DNA of 63,960 bases, filler included, from Candidatus Fermentibacterota bacterium (GTDB lineage: Bacteria > JAFGKV01), in assembly GCA_016928395.1 (NCBI GenBank). It is 5 parts of 5 records of this genome, joined end to end, with 100 filler letters (N's around TTAATTAATTAA, not from the genome) between each part and the next. Parts side by side here need not be neighbours in the genome. Positions count along the whole stretch, not along the records: positions 42,354 to 55,861 come from JAFGKV010000129.1; positions 55,962 to 60,440 come from JAFGKV010000018.1; 3 more parts are not named here. The stretch is one strand, 5' to 3'. A program made the translations under genes and the position numbers. Positions 49,634 through 59,199 of the stretch are shown in pieces. The notes under the pieces are model-generated. The model made no database searches. It worked only from the letters and a program-made list of their open reading frames with translations, and was not told the DNA's origin. Position 1 is the first letter of the stretch, and the number at the start of each line of letters is the position of its first letter.

Positions 49634-51040
49634 TCAGAATCCCCATCCGACCTCTTCCATGACGAACACCAGCAGGCCGCCGTAGACCCAGGCAGTGGGG
49701 AGACGGATGCTGTACCAGTCGTGATTGCGGCCCACGCCGCTCTGCGCTACCTTGAAAGGCTCGGTGGGGAGGAACCCGACGTAAAAGTCAGCCAGCACGG
49801 TGGAATCCGAGTAGGGTTGCGCCCGCACTGAGATCGGCGACCGCAGATCCTGACGAATCGACACCCGCATCGTCCTCGACCATATTCCGTCGGAGGCGAA
49901 TCCCTCCTCGACACACTCAGCCATTCTGATGTAGCCATAAGTACGGGGCGGAGCATCGGTCTCGCACCACCCATTATACACACCGCGGAGCCTCACCGTA
50001 TCACCCGCTGCGATCCCTACAAAGACGGGGCTGTAGTTCTCCCCAGTGACGCCTCCGGGCGACCCATGCACATTCACGCCATCCCGCGCCGCAACGCCGG
50101 TACGCGGGCTGTATCGACGGCACTCCCCTGAAGACTTGTCCGCGCGAATCACCCCTTTATCGGTGCCGATCCAGTACTCCCGATCATCCTCATCCACGGA
50201 CAGGATCGCCAAGGGCACGGGGGGCAGAGCCAGCTCCGTCCACGGCTCGAAGGTCGCAGTCTCTGGCGCGAACCGGATCAAACCGGAGGCTGGTTCAGCA
50301 TTTGATTCATACCAGCGCTCGGCGGTCGCGAGGATGATAGAGTTGCCCTCAACGAAGCAGTCGGTCACCACACCCTTGAAAATGCCGGACGGGTAGAAGC
50401 TGAATGTAGTACTCGGGAGATCAAAGACCCCGACACCGGCGGCGATGTATCCCTCCATATCACCGACATGGTACGCGAAGACGACCTTCCCGTTCCAGGC
50501 AACCGGGTGGAAGAACGGGAACTGACTCTGAGACCTACTCCAGGTTGCCATCGTGGCAGACAGAGGAGGCGGCGTCGGTGGAACGAAGATACGCCGTAGA
50601 TGGCCATCATCGATAATGAGGGTATCCATGTTCACGACATACGTAACGTCACCCGAGCGGAGAGTGTCCGCCATGGTCCACGGCTTGCGCGCTACTCGTT
50701 TCGAGACCTCGAGACTCCCGGTGGCCCGATCGAAGTACGCCCTCCACCCCTGCATCTCGACGGCGATGCGATCACCGGACTCTCGCAGGCCGTCGATCCT
50801 GTTCGACATGAGCCCATTGCCCACACCGTAGTTCGCCCAGGTCTCGTTTCGCCGGTCAAACACAAACAGCCCAAATGTGTTGCTGCCCCAGTCGGTGTTG
50901 CAGCCGCAGTAGACGAAGGAGCTGTCTACCAGGGTGTGTTCGATCAGAACCTCGTCGATCGAGTGCCTACTCTCGCCCCATGCGAGAGCGAGCTGTGGAA
51001 TCACCAGGAGCAACGCGAGACGCACACCGGTCCGTGCCAT
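49634..51040 (-). CDS. Exported hypothetical protein, beta-propeller-like N-part and SH3-like C-part
   Basis: Signal peptide, GLMSNRI and YWIGTDKG propeller-type motifs, and VNVHGSP...GWC and ISVRAQP...WY SH3b-like segments. Confidence 0.55.
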   Translation of the reverse strand: MARTGVRLALLLVIPQLALAWGESRHSIDEVLIEHTLVDSSFVYCGCNTDWGSNTFGLFVFDRRNETWANYGVGNGLMSNRIDGLRESGDRIAVEMQGWRAYFDRATGSLEVSKRVARKPWTMADTLRSGDVTYVVNMDTLIIDDGHLRRIFVPPTPPPLSATMATWSRSQSQFPFFHPVAWNGKVVFAYHVGDMEGYIAAGVGVFDLPSTTFSFYPSGIFKGVVTDCFVEGNSIILATAERWYESNAEPASGLIRFAPETATFEPWTELALPPVPLAILSVDEDDREYWIGTDKGVIRADKSSGECRRYSPRTGVAARDGVNVHGSPGGVTGENYSPVFVGIAAGDTVRLRGVYNGWCETDAPPRTYGYIRMAECVEEGFASDGIWSRTMRVSIRQDLRSPISVRAQPYSDSTVLADFYVGFLPTEPFKVAQSGVGRNHDWYSIRLPTAWVYGGLLVFVMEEVGWGF

Positions 51041-51251
51041 GGCGGCCGACCCCCTTCAGGCTATGGGTGATGTTTTGCACCGCGCTCGACTCCCATATGA
51101 GCGCACGGCACACCGGGGAGAACACCGTATGGTGCAGAAGGTGCCCGGTATGAGGTCATTCTGAGGGTCGCGGCTCCTCCGGGACGAGCTGCAATGAGCC
51201 TCAGCCGAGGACCGATGTCAACCGGAGGGAAAACCCGCCAATGAAGCAGGC

Positions 51252-52181
51252 TCAGAGCCCGAGAATCCTCCCAAGGACCAGACCCGCCGTGAACAGGAGC
51301 CCAAAGGTCAGGTTGAGTTGGGCGGTGGCCGCGTCGAGTACGACGAAGGGCGGGGGATCGCCCGTCGTGGGCCGGGCGTATGCACTACGGATGAGCCCGG
51401 TTGTTTGAGGGATAGCCAGAAAGACCAGGAGGCATGTCCACGGCATCCGCGGTGTGATAGCCCAGACCTGGCTCGCTGCAATCATGAGAACGGCCAGGAG
51501 GAGAGCGCCGGCGGTGAGCACGGCATAGTACAGGAAGGACCCACGATCACCGAGACGCTGGGCCAGTGACCGTGCCCCCAGTTCTCCGTCGCGTCCGATA
51601 TCGCGCCAGTTATTGGCGTGAAGAATGCCGACGACGAGCATGGCCTGCGGGAAACCCCATACCACGGGCGTCCATGTCAGGCGCCCTGTCTGCACGAACC
51701 AGCTTCCGGCTGCGACACCGACGCCGAAGGCGAACAGAATCGCGAGGTCACCGAGGCCGCGATACTTCAGATGCAACGGGGGCGCCGTGTAGCACACCGC
51801 AAGGAGCAGGCCGCCCAGGCCGATGGCCGCCACCAGCACGCCTCTGAGGAACACGAAGTAGATTCCGATTCCGGCGCCAAAGATGGCGCAATAGGTGGCG
51901 AGCTTCAGGGCCTGCCGCGCCGTGATCAGCCCCCGGACCACTGCGCCGCTCACCGGGATGACATGCCGGTCGATGCCCTTCGCATAGTCATAGGCGTCGT
52001 TGACCAGGTTGCCCGCCGCATGGATCAAGGCCACACCCAGGCTTGCGAGGAACAGGTGAATGACATTGAGGGGCACCCCAGTATACCATGCCGCCGCCGC
52101 ACCGATGAGCGCCGGCATGATGGATGCCGGAAATGCATACGGCCGAATAGCAATCCAGAAAACTCGAAGTTGCGCGATCAT
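51252..52181 (-). CDS. menA: 1,4-dihydroxy-2-naphthoate prenyltransferase (UbiA family)
   Basis: IRPYAFPAS, NLVNDAYDYAKGID, YTAPPLHLKYRGLGD and NNWRDI. Confidence 0.88.
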   Translation of the reverse strand: MIAQLRVFWIAIRPYAFPASIMPALIGAAAAWYTGVPLNVIHLFLASLGVALIHAAGNLVNDAYDYAKGIDRHVIPVSGAVVRGLITARQALKLATYCAIFGAGIGIYFVFLRGVLVAAIGLGGLLLAVCYTAPPLHLKYRGLGDLAILFAFGVGVAAGSWFVQTGRLTWTPVVWGFPQAMLVVGILHANNWRDIGRDGELGARSLAQRLGDRGSFLYYAVLTAGALLLAVLMIAASQVWAITPRMPWTCLLVFLAIPQTTGLIRSAYARPTTGDPPPFVVLDAATAQLNLTFGLLFTAGLVLGRILGL

Positions 52182-52337
52182 GACGACCAGTGCCTGCCCG
52201 TGCGTACTCGTCGACTGAGTATCATCCGGAAGTAGAGCGGGGTAGCCTCGCCTGGTTTGACAAAGCGGTCAGATGAGAAGCGCAGATGACTGTCTCGGCC
52301 ATGTGTTGCTGAGCAATTCGCACTCACGCCAGCGCCG

Positions 52338-54692
52338 TCACCGAGCATCCCCGTTGGAGTCTGATTCTGATTCCGACTCTGACAGGTATCCCAGGAGCCG
52401 TAGCTGCTCCCGCAGTTCGCCCGTTGGGCTGAATATGCGTGGCCTCGTCTTCGGCTGCAGCGGCCTCTCGGCGCGCGTCAGGGCAGACTGAAGGCTTTCG
52501 GCCATGGCGCGAGCAATCCCTGGCTCGTCGGCCAGGCGGTTCCGTGTCTCAGCCGGGTCTTCATCTAGGAAATAGAGTGCCGGTTCAAGGGAGTAGGGAT
52601 CTCTTCGCGCGACACCTGCGGCGCCCTTCTCATCCAGAATGGCGATGTACTTCATGCTGCCTGAGATGAGGCATGCTCTTCGCGTCTTCGATCGGCACTT
52701 GTCATTCAGGGCAAGCACTGGCACCACTCGGTGCTGCGTTTTCATCTCCAACAAGGGTCTGACACTGGCTCCGTCGCAACCCTGCGGGACAGTGAGGCCC
52801 AACAGCTCACACACGGTCGGCATAAGATCAACGGTGCTGATGGGGATATCGACATATCTCGTCCCTCGGCAACTGATACCGGGAGCATGGAGATAGAACG
52901 GTACACTCAGCAGTTCCGTGTGCACCGAGGATGCCGAGTGCTCGGCGTATAATCGGGAGTGATCCCAGAACTCCTCACCATGGTCGCTAAGCACTATGAC
53001 CACCGTATTCGACCAGAAGCGCAGGCTGTCCAACAGGGCGAACAGCCCCACAGTTGCATCACATGCGTTGGCAACGCCACCATCATACGCCGCTTGCACA
53101 TAGGTGGTCTCCGCAGGGGTCAGGTGTTGCCAGGGAATCGAACTCGGGTCTATCGGATTCTCTCCCGCGGACAGGTCGCCAAGCCGGCCCCGCGGTAGTT
53201 CCCGGCAGAACCTGTCCCTCGTGTAGGGCACGTGGCTTTCGTAGGTATGCACAAAGAGGAAGAACGGACGGGGCGGGGTACCTCTCAGCCAGGCACGGAG
53301 CGGTGGAAAGACATCCTCGACCTTGCCGTATCCATCGAGTGGGTAGTGGAACTCGTGGAACCCCTGTTCGAACCCTGGGGTGCGCAGTGCGCCTCCACCC
53401 GTGAAGGCCGCGCAGTAGTACCCGTTCTTCCGCAGGATCTCGCTAAGGGTTGTGTACTGGCGAGGAACTACTTCTTCCGTATGTATGTTGAGGAAACGCG
53501 AAGTCATGAACTTGGCAGTTGCAGGCACTGTCACTGGCCCCGCCGAGTAGGCCTTCCGAAAGATGAAGAAGCCCTTCTCGTCTGCAATCGAATCCAGCCG
53601 GGTTGATGTGGGCCGTGTGGTGTAGCCATGGGACCCCAGCCGGTCAGCTCGCATCGTGTCAAGATCGATCAGAATCACATTGTACGCGCCTGGAGGCATG
53701 CTCCTCCGGGTGAGGATCACCGGTTCGCCAATCGCGATCACCTCAGAGGGCCGCCCCTCCGAAATGAACCTGAGGCTGTCGCACCGATCCGGGAGAGGCT
53801 CCTTGAGGGTGTGGGTGAGCCATGGCCCATCTCGTGTGCCCGGACTATCTTGAAGCGGGGCTTCCCGCCACTGGCCGTCGATCCAGATCTCGGCACGGAC
53901 GCCGGCAATCCCAAGAAGCTCTGCCGAGTGGAACTGCACTCTTGCTTCTACATCTCTCTTTGGAAGGGTCAGCGAAAGCGTATCTTGACCAACAAGAGCA
54001 ACGCAGTCCCTCGTGACCCCATTGGCCGAAAGGGGAAACTTCCGCATCATTAGCATGCCATCGGGCGTATCACCGAATCCACGCACGTCTAACGAGGCCA
54101 GGGCTCTCGCTCGCTCGCGCTCCCAATTATCCGTAGCGCGGGGCATTGCGAGGATTCTGACTCCTTGGATCGGTATCTCTTCATCACGCGGTAGAGGGAA
54201 CCTGATCGCCAGTGTCGTGACCCCCTCGTGAGGTACTTCGAGCCACAACTGTGTGCGTTTCCTCAAGAAGACTTCGCTCCTGCTGGAGTCACCATCTCCC
54301 TTCGCGACAAGAACTACGGGGTGAGAGAAGTCGATCGGCTCTTTCGGGAAGAGTGAGCAGAGCATGATCTCGTCTTCCGATAGAGAAGCCCGAACCTTCA
54401 GCTCGACCTGTTGGCCCTGCCCGAGCAGTGACCGGCTTTCCGCCCGAAGCCCGATGGCGGCGATCTGGTCTCCGTACCTGATTTCGTCATCGATGCTGCC
54501 GATATCCGCAACCACTCGCCATGGCCCGGCAGCCTCAGGCTCAGGGATCTGGTCCAAGAGGCCGACAACTGCCGGGTGCTCCGCCGCGCAGCCACAGAGA
54601 AGCACGGCCGCAGCGATGAGCGCCGGCATGATGGATGCCGGAAAGGCATAGGGCCGCATCGCAATCCACAAGCCTCGAAGTTGATCCTTCAT
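52338..54692 (-). CDS. Sulfatase-like hydrolase/transferase, probable lipoprotein
   Basis: NVILIDLDTMRADRL, FFLFVHTYESHVPY, SDHGEEF, VDLMPT and LRLLGYL. Lipobox-like LLCGC. Confidence 0.85.
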   Translation of the reverse strand: MKDQLRGLWIAMRPYAFPASIMPALIAAAVLLCGCAAEHPAVVGLLDQIPEPEAAGPWRVVADIGSIDDEIRYGDQIAAIGLRAESRSLLGQGQQVELKVRASLSEDEIMLCSLFPKEPIDFSHPVVLVAKGDGDSSRSEVFLRKRTQLWLEVPHEGVTTLAIRFPLPRDEEIPIQGVRILAMPRATDNWERERARALASLDVRGFGDTPDGMLMMRKFPLSANGVTRDCVALVGQDTLSLTLPKRDVEARVQFHSAELLGIAGVRAEIWIDGQWREAPLQDSPGTRDGPWLTHTLKEPLPDRCDSLRFISEGRPSEVIAIGEPVILTRRSMPPGAYNVILIDLDTMRADRLGSHGYTTRPTSTRLDSIADEKGFFIFRKAYSAGPVTVPATAKFMTSRFLNIHTEEVVPRQYTTLSEILRKNGYYCAAFTGGGALRTPGFEQGFHEFHYPLDGYGKVEDVFPPLRAWLRGTPPRPFFLFVHTYESHVPYTRDRFCRELPRGRLGDLSAGENPIDPSSIPWQHLTPAETTYVQAAYDGGVANACDATVGLFALLDSLRFWSNTVVIVLSDHGEEFWDHSRLYAEHSASSVHTELLSVPFYLHAPGISCRGTRYVDIPISTVDLMPTVCELLGLTVPQGCDGASVRPLLEMKTQHRVVPVLALNDKCRSKTRRACLISGSMKYIAILDEKGAAGVARRDPYSLEPALYFLDEDPAETRNRLADEPGIARAMAESLQSALTRAERPLQPKTRPRIFSPTGELREQLRLLGYLSESESESDSNGDAR

Positions 54693-54726
54693 GGTCCCCT
54701 CTCCCGCAAGAAGAACTCCGGCGTCA

Positions 54727-54746
54727 CTATTCTAATGTTAGAATAG
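54727..54746. repeat. Palindrome family copy 3
   Basis: CTATTCTAA-TG-TTAGAATAG. Confidence 0.85.
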
Positions 54747-54959
54747 CTTGAAGAGACGCTCTTCGCCGGTGCGCCGGGGGTCGAAGATGCGCACGCGTCT
54801 CCACCCCGTGCGACCAGGAGGGCGCCGTCGTCGTTGCGGGCCTCTTTGCCCGCGGGTGCATCGACCGCAGCCAGAATGCGTTCACCGGCAATCCCTGGCA
54901 CTTCATTCAAGGCATCCCCGGAGCACGGCGTCAAGGCCTCGTCCGCGCCCGACGCGGCG

Positions 54960-55861
54960 TCATGGTGAGTCCTGCCGTGTACGCACGTCATCTTTGGATG
55001 ACTGCCATGTGAGGATGTGGATCCTCCACCCGGGCACTACCGTAGGGCAGGTAATGCTCCGCTCTGTCTCGTAGCCGGGCACCACACTCAAAGCCACGAC
55101 ATACCGAGGTTCGATCTGGGGCGCCCACAATCGTATCCACCACGGCGCATAGGCTGCCGGGGTGTGCTGGGTGGACGACCCGCGCCAGGCATGTCGCCAG
55201 CCCGCCCACTCGTAGCCGCCGTCAATGGTATCAGGATCAACACCCTGCTCCTCCAACCCTGCGATCTGCTCCCCGCGGCACCGGTTCCACGACAGATAGT
55301 CGTGGGTGCCGATGACCGACAGTATCCCCATGACGGCCATTGAGGCCCAGACCCACGGCCGAATCCGGCCGAGCTTCGGCACCAGGTCAATCACGAACAG
55401 CGGCAGGAGGGGCACGAGGTACCGATCGTAGAACGGCGGAAGAGCCGCCAGAATCGCCAGCCAGACGATGCCCAAGGCCAAGCCTCCCCGCGCGCGGAGC
55501 GCTCCCCAAAACGCCCAGAGCCAGAAGGCGCTACCACCCATGCCTACTACGATCGCGCGCAACAGAGACGGGCCAAGAACCAAACCCCCGATCCACGGGA
55601 TGATCCCCAGCAAGAGCCCGGCCCACGCCGGCAATGCCGACGGTGGAAGGACCCGCCCCACCAGGCCGATGGCGGCGCCGAGACTGCCCACCGACAGGGT
55701 CATCCAGAACCACGATGGCAGCGGGGGAGGCGCCCCCTGCACCCCGATGAATCCCAACCCCGCCGGATGCAGCACGTTCTCAAGGCTCGGCAAGGGCAAC
55801 GGGGCGGGAGCGCCCAGCCACCACGCCTGGCCCCACGCCCACAGTATGAAGCACGTCGGAA
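54960..55861 (-). CDS. GT-C-like membrane protein, 5'-truncated by contig end
   Basis: TM-rich with FYDRYLVPLLP, HDYLSWNR and IDGGYEW. Runs into the spacer. Confidence 0.6.
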
Positions 55862-55961
55862 NNNNNNNNNNNNNNNNNNNNNNNNNNNNNNNNNNNNNNN
55901 NNNNNTTAATTAATTAANNNNNNNNNNNNNNNNNNNNNNNNNNNNNNNNNNNNNNNNNNNN
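55862..55961. other. Artificial contig spacer
   Basis: N-run with TTAATTAATTAA. Confidence 0.97.
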
Positions 55962-56131
55962 CGCGCCACGACCGACTCGGTGATCCCCACCACATCCCGG
56001 TCGCGGATCGAGAAACCCTCCTCCTCAGCGGCCTCCAGCACGCCCTGTACCACCATCTCGTCTATAGCATCGCCCGTGCGTATGATCGGGATGCGGATCC
56101 CTCTCACCACCGTCCCTACGCGGCGTACCAC
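55962..56131 (-). CDS. F420-0:gamma-glutamyl ligase (CofE)-like family protein, N-terminal fragment
   Basis: VGTVVRGIRIPIIRTGD...DRDVVGITESVVA. GGAG RBS. Truncated by the spacer. Confidence 0.7.
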
Positions 56132-56212
56132 GTGTCTTTCTCCTCCCTAGAACCTGGCTGTGATCTGACCGCACATTCGGAATATGCCGATGCGCTTCAT
56201 GGTACTCCCGTT

Positions 56213-56968
56213 TCAAAGCACGAACAGCAACACACCTGCCACTCCGGTCATGACCATGACGAAGACGCGATACGCCCTCTCGGGGATCTTACCGGCCGCA
56301 ACGATGCCGAGGGCGGCCCCGATCGCGATCGCCGGGACCATGATCGCGTCGAACGTCAGCGTGGCCGCGCTGATGTTCTTCCAGAAGATCACCTGGAGCG
56401 GGACCTTCAGCAGGTTCACGATGAGGAAGAACCAGGCCGCCGTCCCGATGAAGGCGTTCTTGGGCAGGCGCATGGAGAGAAGGTAGATGGACGTTATCGC
56501 TCCCGCGGCATTGCCGATCATGGTGGTGAATCCCGCCGCCAGTCCGGCCACGACGGCGAACCACCAGGCCTGAGGGTAGTGAGGCTCCTTCTTCTGCACG
56601 TCCTGCCAGATCATCATCCCCAGCAGCAGCAGGATGATGCCGCCCAGCAGGAAGCGGAACGAGTCATCGGACAGACGTCCCCCCACCGCGACGCCCGCTC
56701 CGATGCCGACCACCGCACTGGGCAGGAGTTTGAGCAGGTAGTGCCATTCCGCATGCCTGCGATACCACGCCACCGCGAAGACATCGCCCACGCAGAGCAT
56801 GGGCAGCAGGATCCCCGTCGATTCCCTACCCCCGAAGGAGATCGCCATGAGAGGGATGAACATGAGCGTCAGGCCGGTGATCCCGGCTTTGGACATGCCT
56901 ATCACCATGGCGCTGATGATGGCGAGCACCCACTGATAGGCCTCTACCTGGGCGATGTCAAAGGGCAT
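56213..56968 (-). CDS. Sulfite exporter TauE/SafE (TSUP) family membrane protein
   Basis: GMSKAGITG, STGILLPML, FTTMIGNAAG and FIGTAAWFFLIVNLLKVP. Confidence 0.9.
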   Translation of the reverse strand: MPFDIAQVEAYQWVLAIISAMVIGMSKAGITGLTLMFIPLMAISFGGRESTGILLPMLCVGDVFAVAWYRRHAEWHYLLKLLPSAVVGIGAGVAVGGRLSDDSFRFLLGGIILLLLGMMIWQDVQKKEPHYPQAWWFAVVAGLAAGFTTMIGNAAGAITSIYLLSMRLPKNAFIGTAAWFFLIVNLLKVPLQVIFWKNISAATLTFDAIMVPAIAIGAALGIVAAGKIPERAYRVFVMVMTGVAGVLLFVL

Positions 56969-56986
56969 ATCGGCGTATGCCCGACC

Positions 56987-57331
56987 CTACCCGAGGACCT
57001 CGGACTCGGCGTCGAAGCTCGGCGTGTGCAATAGGCAGAGCCGAGCACGCTCATCGCTCACGCTGCGGTACGAGAAACGTTCTCCCTGTTCGACGAGGCA
57101 GAAATCACCAGCCGCGAGCACATGCGTCTGCCCGGACTCCACGAACTCGACCTCGCCGGAGATGACGTAGTAGTACTTGTCCGACCGACGAGACCAGGCG
57201 ACCGGGTGCATAGCGCCGGGTTCGACCTCGATAACCGCGAACGACGAGCTGGTCTCGTGGCCGGCGGTGTAGTCACGGATCGCCAGACCGTGGAAATCGA
57301 ACGGGGGGACGCTACGCTCTCTGACGATCAC
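56987..57331 (-). CDS. Cupin domain protein
   Basis: EVEPGAMH...YYYVISGEVEF...LAAGD...GERFSY. GGAGGTG RBS. Confidence 0.85.
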   Translation of the reverse strand: MIVRERSVPPFDFHGLAIRDYTAGHETSSSFAVIEVEPGAMHPVAWSRRSDKYYYVISGEVEFVESGQTHVLAAGDFCLVEQGERFSYRSVSDERARLCLLHTPSFDAESEVLG

Positions 57332-57425
57332 TCAGACCACCTCCGGGCCTTTTCTCTCCGCTGTGCGTCACCACGATACGACATGGTTCCAAGGGCGACG
57401 TCCACCGGCATGAGCACTTTTCGGA

Positions 57426-58106
57426 TCAACCATGACCCCGGGTGCAACCACCCGCCGTAGTCTTGTGGCTTGCTGTTCCGTTCTCCGCTTTCAGCACATC
57501 CCCCTCGCTGACGAATCCTGAGGTCTTGAAGGGCGTGGGCCAGGCGTGCGGCATGAGCATCAGGTCGACTGAACCAGCCTGGATGAGACCGGCAAAGCGC
57601 GTGTAGTGATTATCCGCACAGATGCCAATACCGATTCTCCCAATGGCTGTGTCGACGATATGGCTTCCTTTGGAACGTTTGAAGCAGTAGGCCTCGGCCA
57701 TGGTCTCTCTGATATGTCCCGCTATCTCTCCATCAGGAGCGGTGATCAGATACGCGTTGAAGAAATCTGCCCCATCTGTCTCGGTCATTCCGGCCCCCAG
57801 GTAGACACCGAGTCTCCTGGATGTCTCGCGGAGCCAGGTAGCCGTTGGACCCGCCAGTGGCTCGGCGTAGTCCCAGATGACCTTGTTGGGCACGTAGCCA
57901 CAGGCGAAGAGTTCGGGCAGAACCACCAACTCGGCCCCCGAGCGGGCCGCCTCTTCGACCATGGCTGTGGCGCGAGCATGGTTCGCCTCGATCCGCCCAG
58001 GTTGTGACTCGATCTGGATGGCTCCAACGCGCAGTGTACGCGTCGGTTGTTGGCAGTCTCTCGTCGTCCGACTCTCGACTGCAACTGGAAACGAACATGC
58101 ATGCAT
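57426..58106 (-). pseudogene. Carbon-nitrogen hydrolase family protein, apparently C-terminally truncated
   Basis: VVLPELF, FFNA, GIGICAD and MPHAWP are present. The catalytic Lys position appears to read E (HIRE), and the ORF ends before the usual final strands. Confidence 0.55.
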
Positions 58107-58136
58107 AGCGCCGCGGAAAGCCCCAGGATGAGCAGA

Positions 58137-58988
58137 CTACTCTATGATCCCCCATCTCTTGAATAGAAGGCTATAGAATTTGGGCTGTTCGAAATCCGCC
58201 TGCATCAGTTTGGTCAAGTGGACATAACCGAGCTTGATCTCATCATAGTGTCTCAGGCCTTCCACCAGGACCTTGACTTTGTCTTTGGTCAGCGAAAAGA
58301 TGATCTTGTTCTCATCAGTCAACGCCCGCTCCTGTTCGCCCGGGTCAGGGATAGTGATCATATAGCTTTGCTTACCCTCGACCAGAGGAACAAGGGAATA
58401 GATGCAGGAGTCAATAGGGTCAAACTCAGAGGTTACGTGGACTCCTTCCTTGTACTTTATCGCCATCAGAATGTTTCTGAGCTGAGCGTTGTTAGAATAG
58501 ATGAAGACTACATCCGGCTCAAAGGTAGTATTCCTCAGGGGCGCCGTGAGACACCCGATATATTTTCCGGTTTCCAAACATGGGAATGTCATATTCTTAG
58601 CCAATTCCGGCTTTTCAAGAAAGTGACCGAGAAACTTTGAACCCGTACCCTCCAAAGCCTCCTTTATCTCCGGATCATCCTCGAATTGAGGATCATACAA
58701 GCCCCCCTTCTTGAAGAAGTCGGGCTGTTCGACGAGCCCGTAACCGATGACCGGCGCATAGCACCAGTGGTCTTCTTTCAGCATTGCCACAGTCTTGCCC
58801 TCGCGCCGCGTCAGGGAGAAAGCCTGACACTGAGCAATATGCTGATTACGATCCCTTTTCGGCCGCACAGCGTCTTCCGGAATCTCCTCTTCCTCTTGGA
58901 TCATCTTCACCGCTACAGTGAACGAATCCAGCCTTAAGATGCCGTCGATCTCTTTGCCGTAGCTTCTGTATTCTTCAATTGTGGGCAT
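58137..58988 (-). CDS. DUF169 family protein
   Basis: VAVK, AQCQAFSLTRR, DHWC, EPDVVFIY, DSC and PDPGE. GGAG RBS before ATG 58988. Confidence 0.85.
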   Translation of the reverse strand: MPTIEEYRSYGKEIDGILRLDSFTVAVKMIQEEEEIPEDAVRPKRDRNQHIAQCQAFSLTRREGKTVAMLKEDHWCYAPVIGYGLVEQPDFFKKGGLYDPQFEDDPEIKEALEGTGSKFLGHFLEKPELAKNMTFPCLETGKYIGCLTAPLRNTTFEPDVVFIYSNNAQLRNILMAIKYKEGVHVTSEFDPIDSCIYSLVPLVEGKQSYMITIPDPGEQERALTDENKIIFSLTKDKVKVLVEGLRHYDEIKLGYVHLTKLMQADFEQPKFYSLLFKRWGIIE

Positions 58989-59199
58989 TGGTCTATCTCC
59001 AGTCGCTCGAGAAATCTTCAGACAGCATCCCACCTGGGCTGACAGCCCTTGTCGAGGCCGGGGGAGAGGGAAGCCGCCTGCGCCGCGGAAATCTGGTTGC
59101 CCCCGGTCGCCGCCTTGGCGTCATGCAGACTCTATACGTCGCCCCACAGCCCGTCAAGCCGGCTGCGGGTGCCCTGGGTCCCGATGCCCTTCTCGGGAT

